Origin: Octopus bimaculoides
Lineage: Eukaryota
Direction of reading: 5' to 3'
Length of the DNA stretch: 64,000 bases
NCBI RefSeq assembly: GCF_001194135.2
Contig: NC_068981.1
Coordinates: 87,723,745 to 87,787,744 of the forward strand
Shown one piece after another: positions 63,121-64,000 of the stretch. A program made the translations under genes and the position numbers. Position 1 is the first letter of the stretch, and every line of letters begins with the position of its first letter. Below the pieces are notes generated by a model. That model saw nothing but the letters and a program-made list of their open reading frames with translations. It did no database searches and had not been told where the DNA came from.

Positions 63121-64000
63121 TGTATCCATGCCTTCCTTTAACTTCGCATTTTGTCGGACTTTTATAAATGTTTAATTTTTTTTGAAAACTACTTTTTAAG
63201 CATGTTTCATTGATTTTCATTATTCTCTTTTGCTATTTACCCTCCTAACATTTTATATTACATAAAACTTAAACTGTTTGTCTCTATGGTTTTTGCACCA
63301 TTGATGTTTAATGGTTTGCTCTATTAACATTGCACTTAGTCTCTTTCCTGAGCTTTTCCTCATTTCCTTTCACTTAGATATTTCCAGTGTCTTCTTACCT
63401 TTCAACAAATTTACTTGTTTTATATACTTCTTTGAAATTATTTTCAATAGGTATGTATTTTCACTTAAAATAATCTGTTTTAAACAGTTATTTTACAGAA
63501 ACAAGGCTTCTAATAAACAATTGTCTAGAATTATTGTTAGGAAAATTATGTAACAAGCCATAGAGCATATGAATACTATATAAGAATATGTTTTATGACC
63601 AAGGTTGGAATTCAAAATTGTTTTTAATTCTACAGAGTATCCCTAAGCTACTATTTTTATTACAATAAAGTTATTTGTTGAAGATATTCTAAGGTTCTTT
63701 TTTGTTTTATCCAAGTGGATTGAAGTGTTTGATTTGAAATTTTCAATATCTTTAAAAATATGTAATTTACTAACAAATGTTCATAAATACCAAGTTATTT
63801 TTAGATTTTCTCTTATTTTGTGTATACTTTCACCTGATCTTCTTGCACAACAATTAGTTTACTTTTCTGATATTACATTTGTACAGCTGCCTTTGTAGTT
63901 CTTCAGCAATGAGTCTTCTACCATATTTTTCCTTCAGTAGCCAGCATTTTCTGAATTTGAATAGATATAATAATATAAACTGAGACATTTCCCTTCAGCT

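Overview
AT-rich, microsatellite- and transposon-dense animal genomic DNA. The repeat families and genes suggest a mollusc, most likely an octopus; this is inference and unverified. Two spliced protein-coding genes lie on the + strand. The first is a three-dsRBD TRBP/PACT/Loquacious-family gene (6 coding exons, 12996-21743, 312 aa, probable long 3' UTR to about 25560). The second is the 5' part of KDM6A/UTX (promoter about 38.2-38.5 kb, coding exons 1-5 from 38467 to 58690, continuing beyond the window). The rest is RTE LINE fragments, tRNA-derived SINEs, mariner/Tc1 relics, two TTAA-targeting piggyBac-like MITE families, microsatellites and four assembly gaps. Most listed ORFs are microsatellite or repeat noise. 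The most unusual structures are: (i) inverted-repeat cassettes with a type I hammerhead ribozyme in each arm (a perfect 144-bp one at 34343-34691 and an older one at 35573-36199), plus further hammerhead-like cores; (ii) a solo 5' LTR followed by three tandem tRNA-Trp primer-binding sites, the first extended into a copy of the whole 3' half of a CCA-ended tRNA-Trp; (iii) splice signals predicting an upstream microexon and a dsRBD1-less isoform of the TRBP/PACT gene. All calls were made by eye, without database searches.
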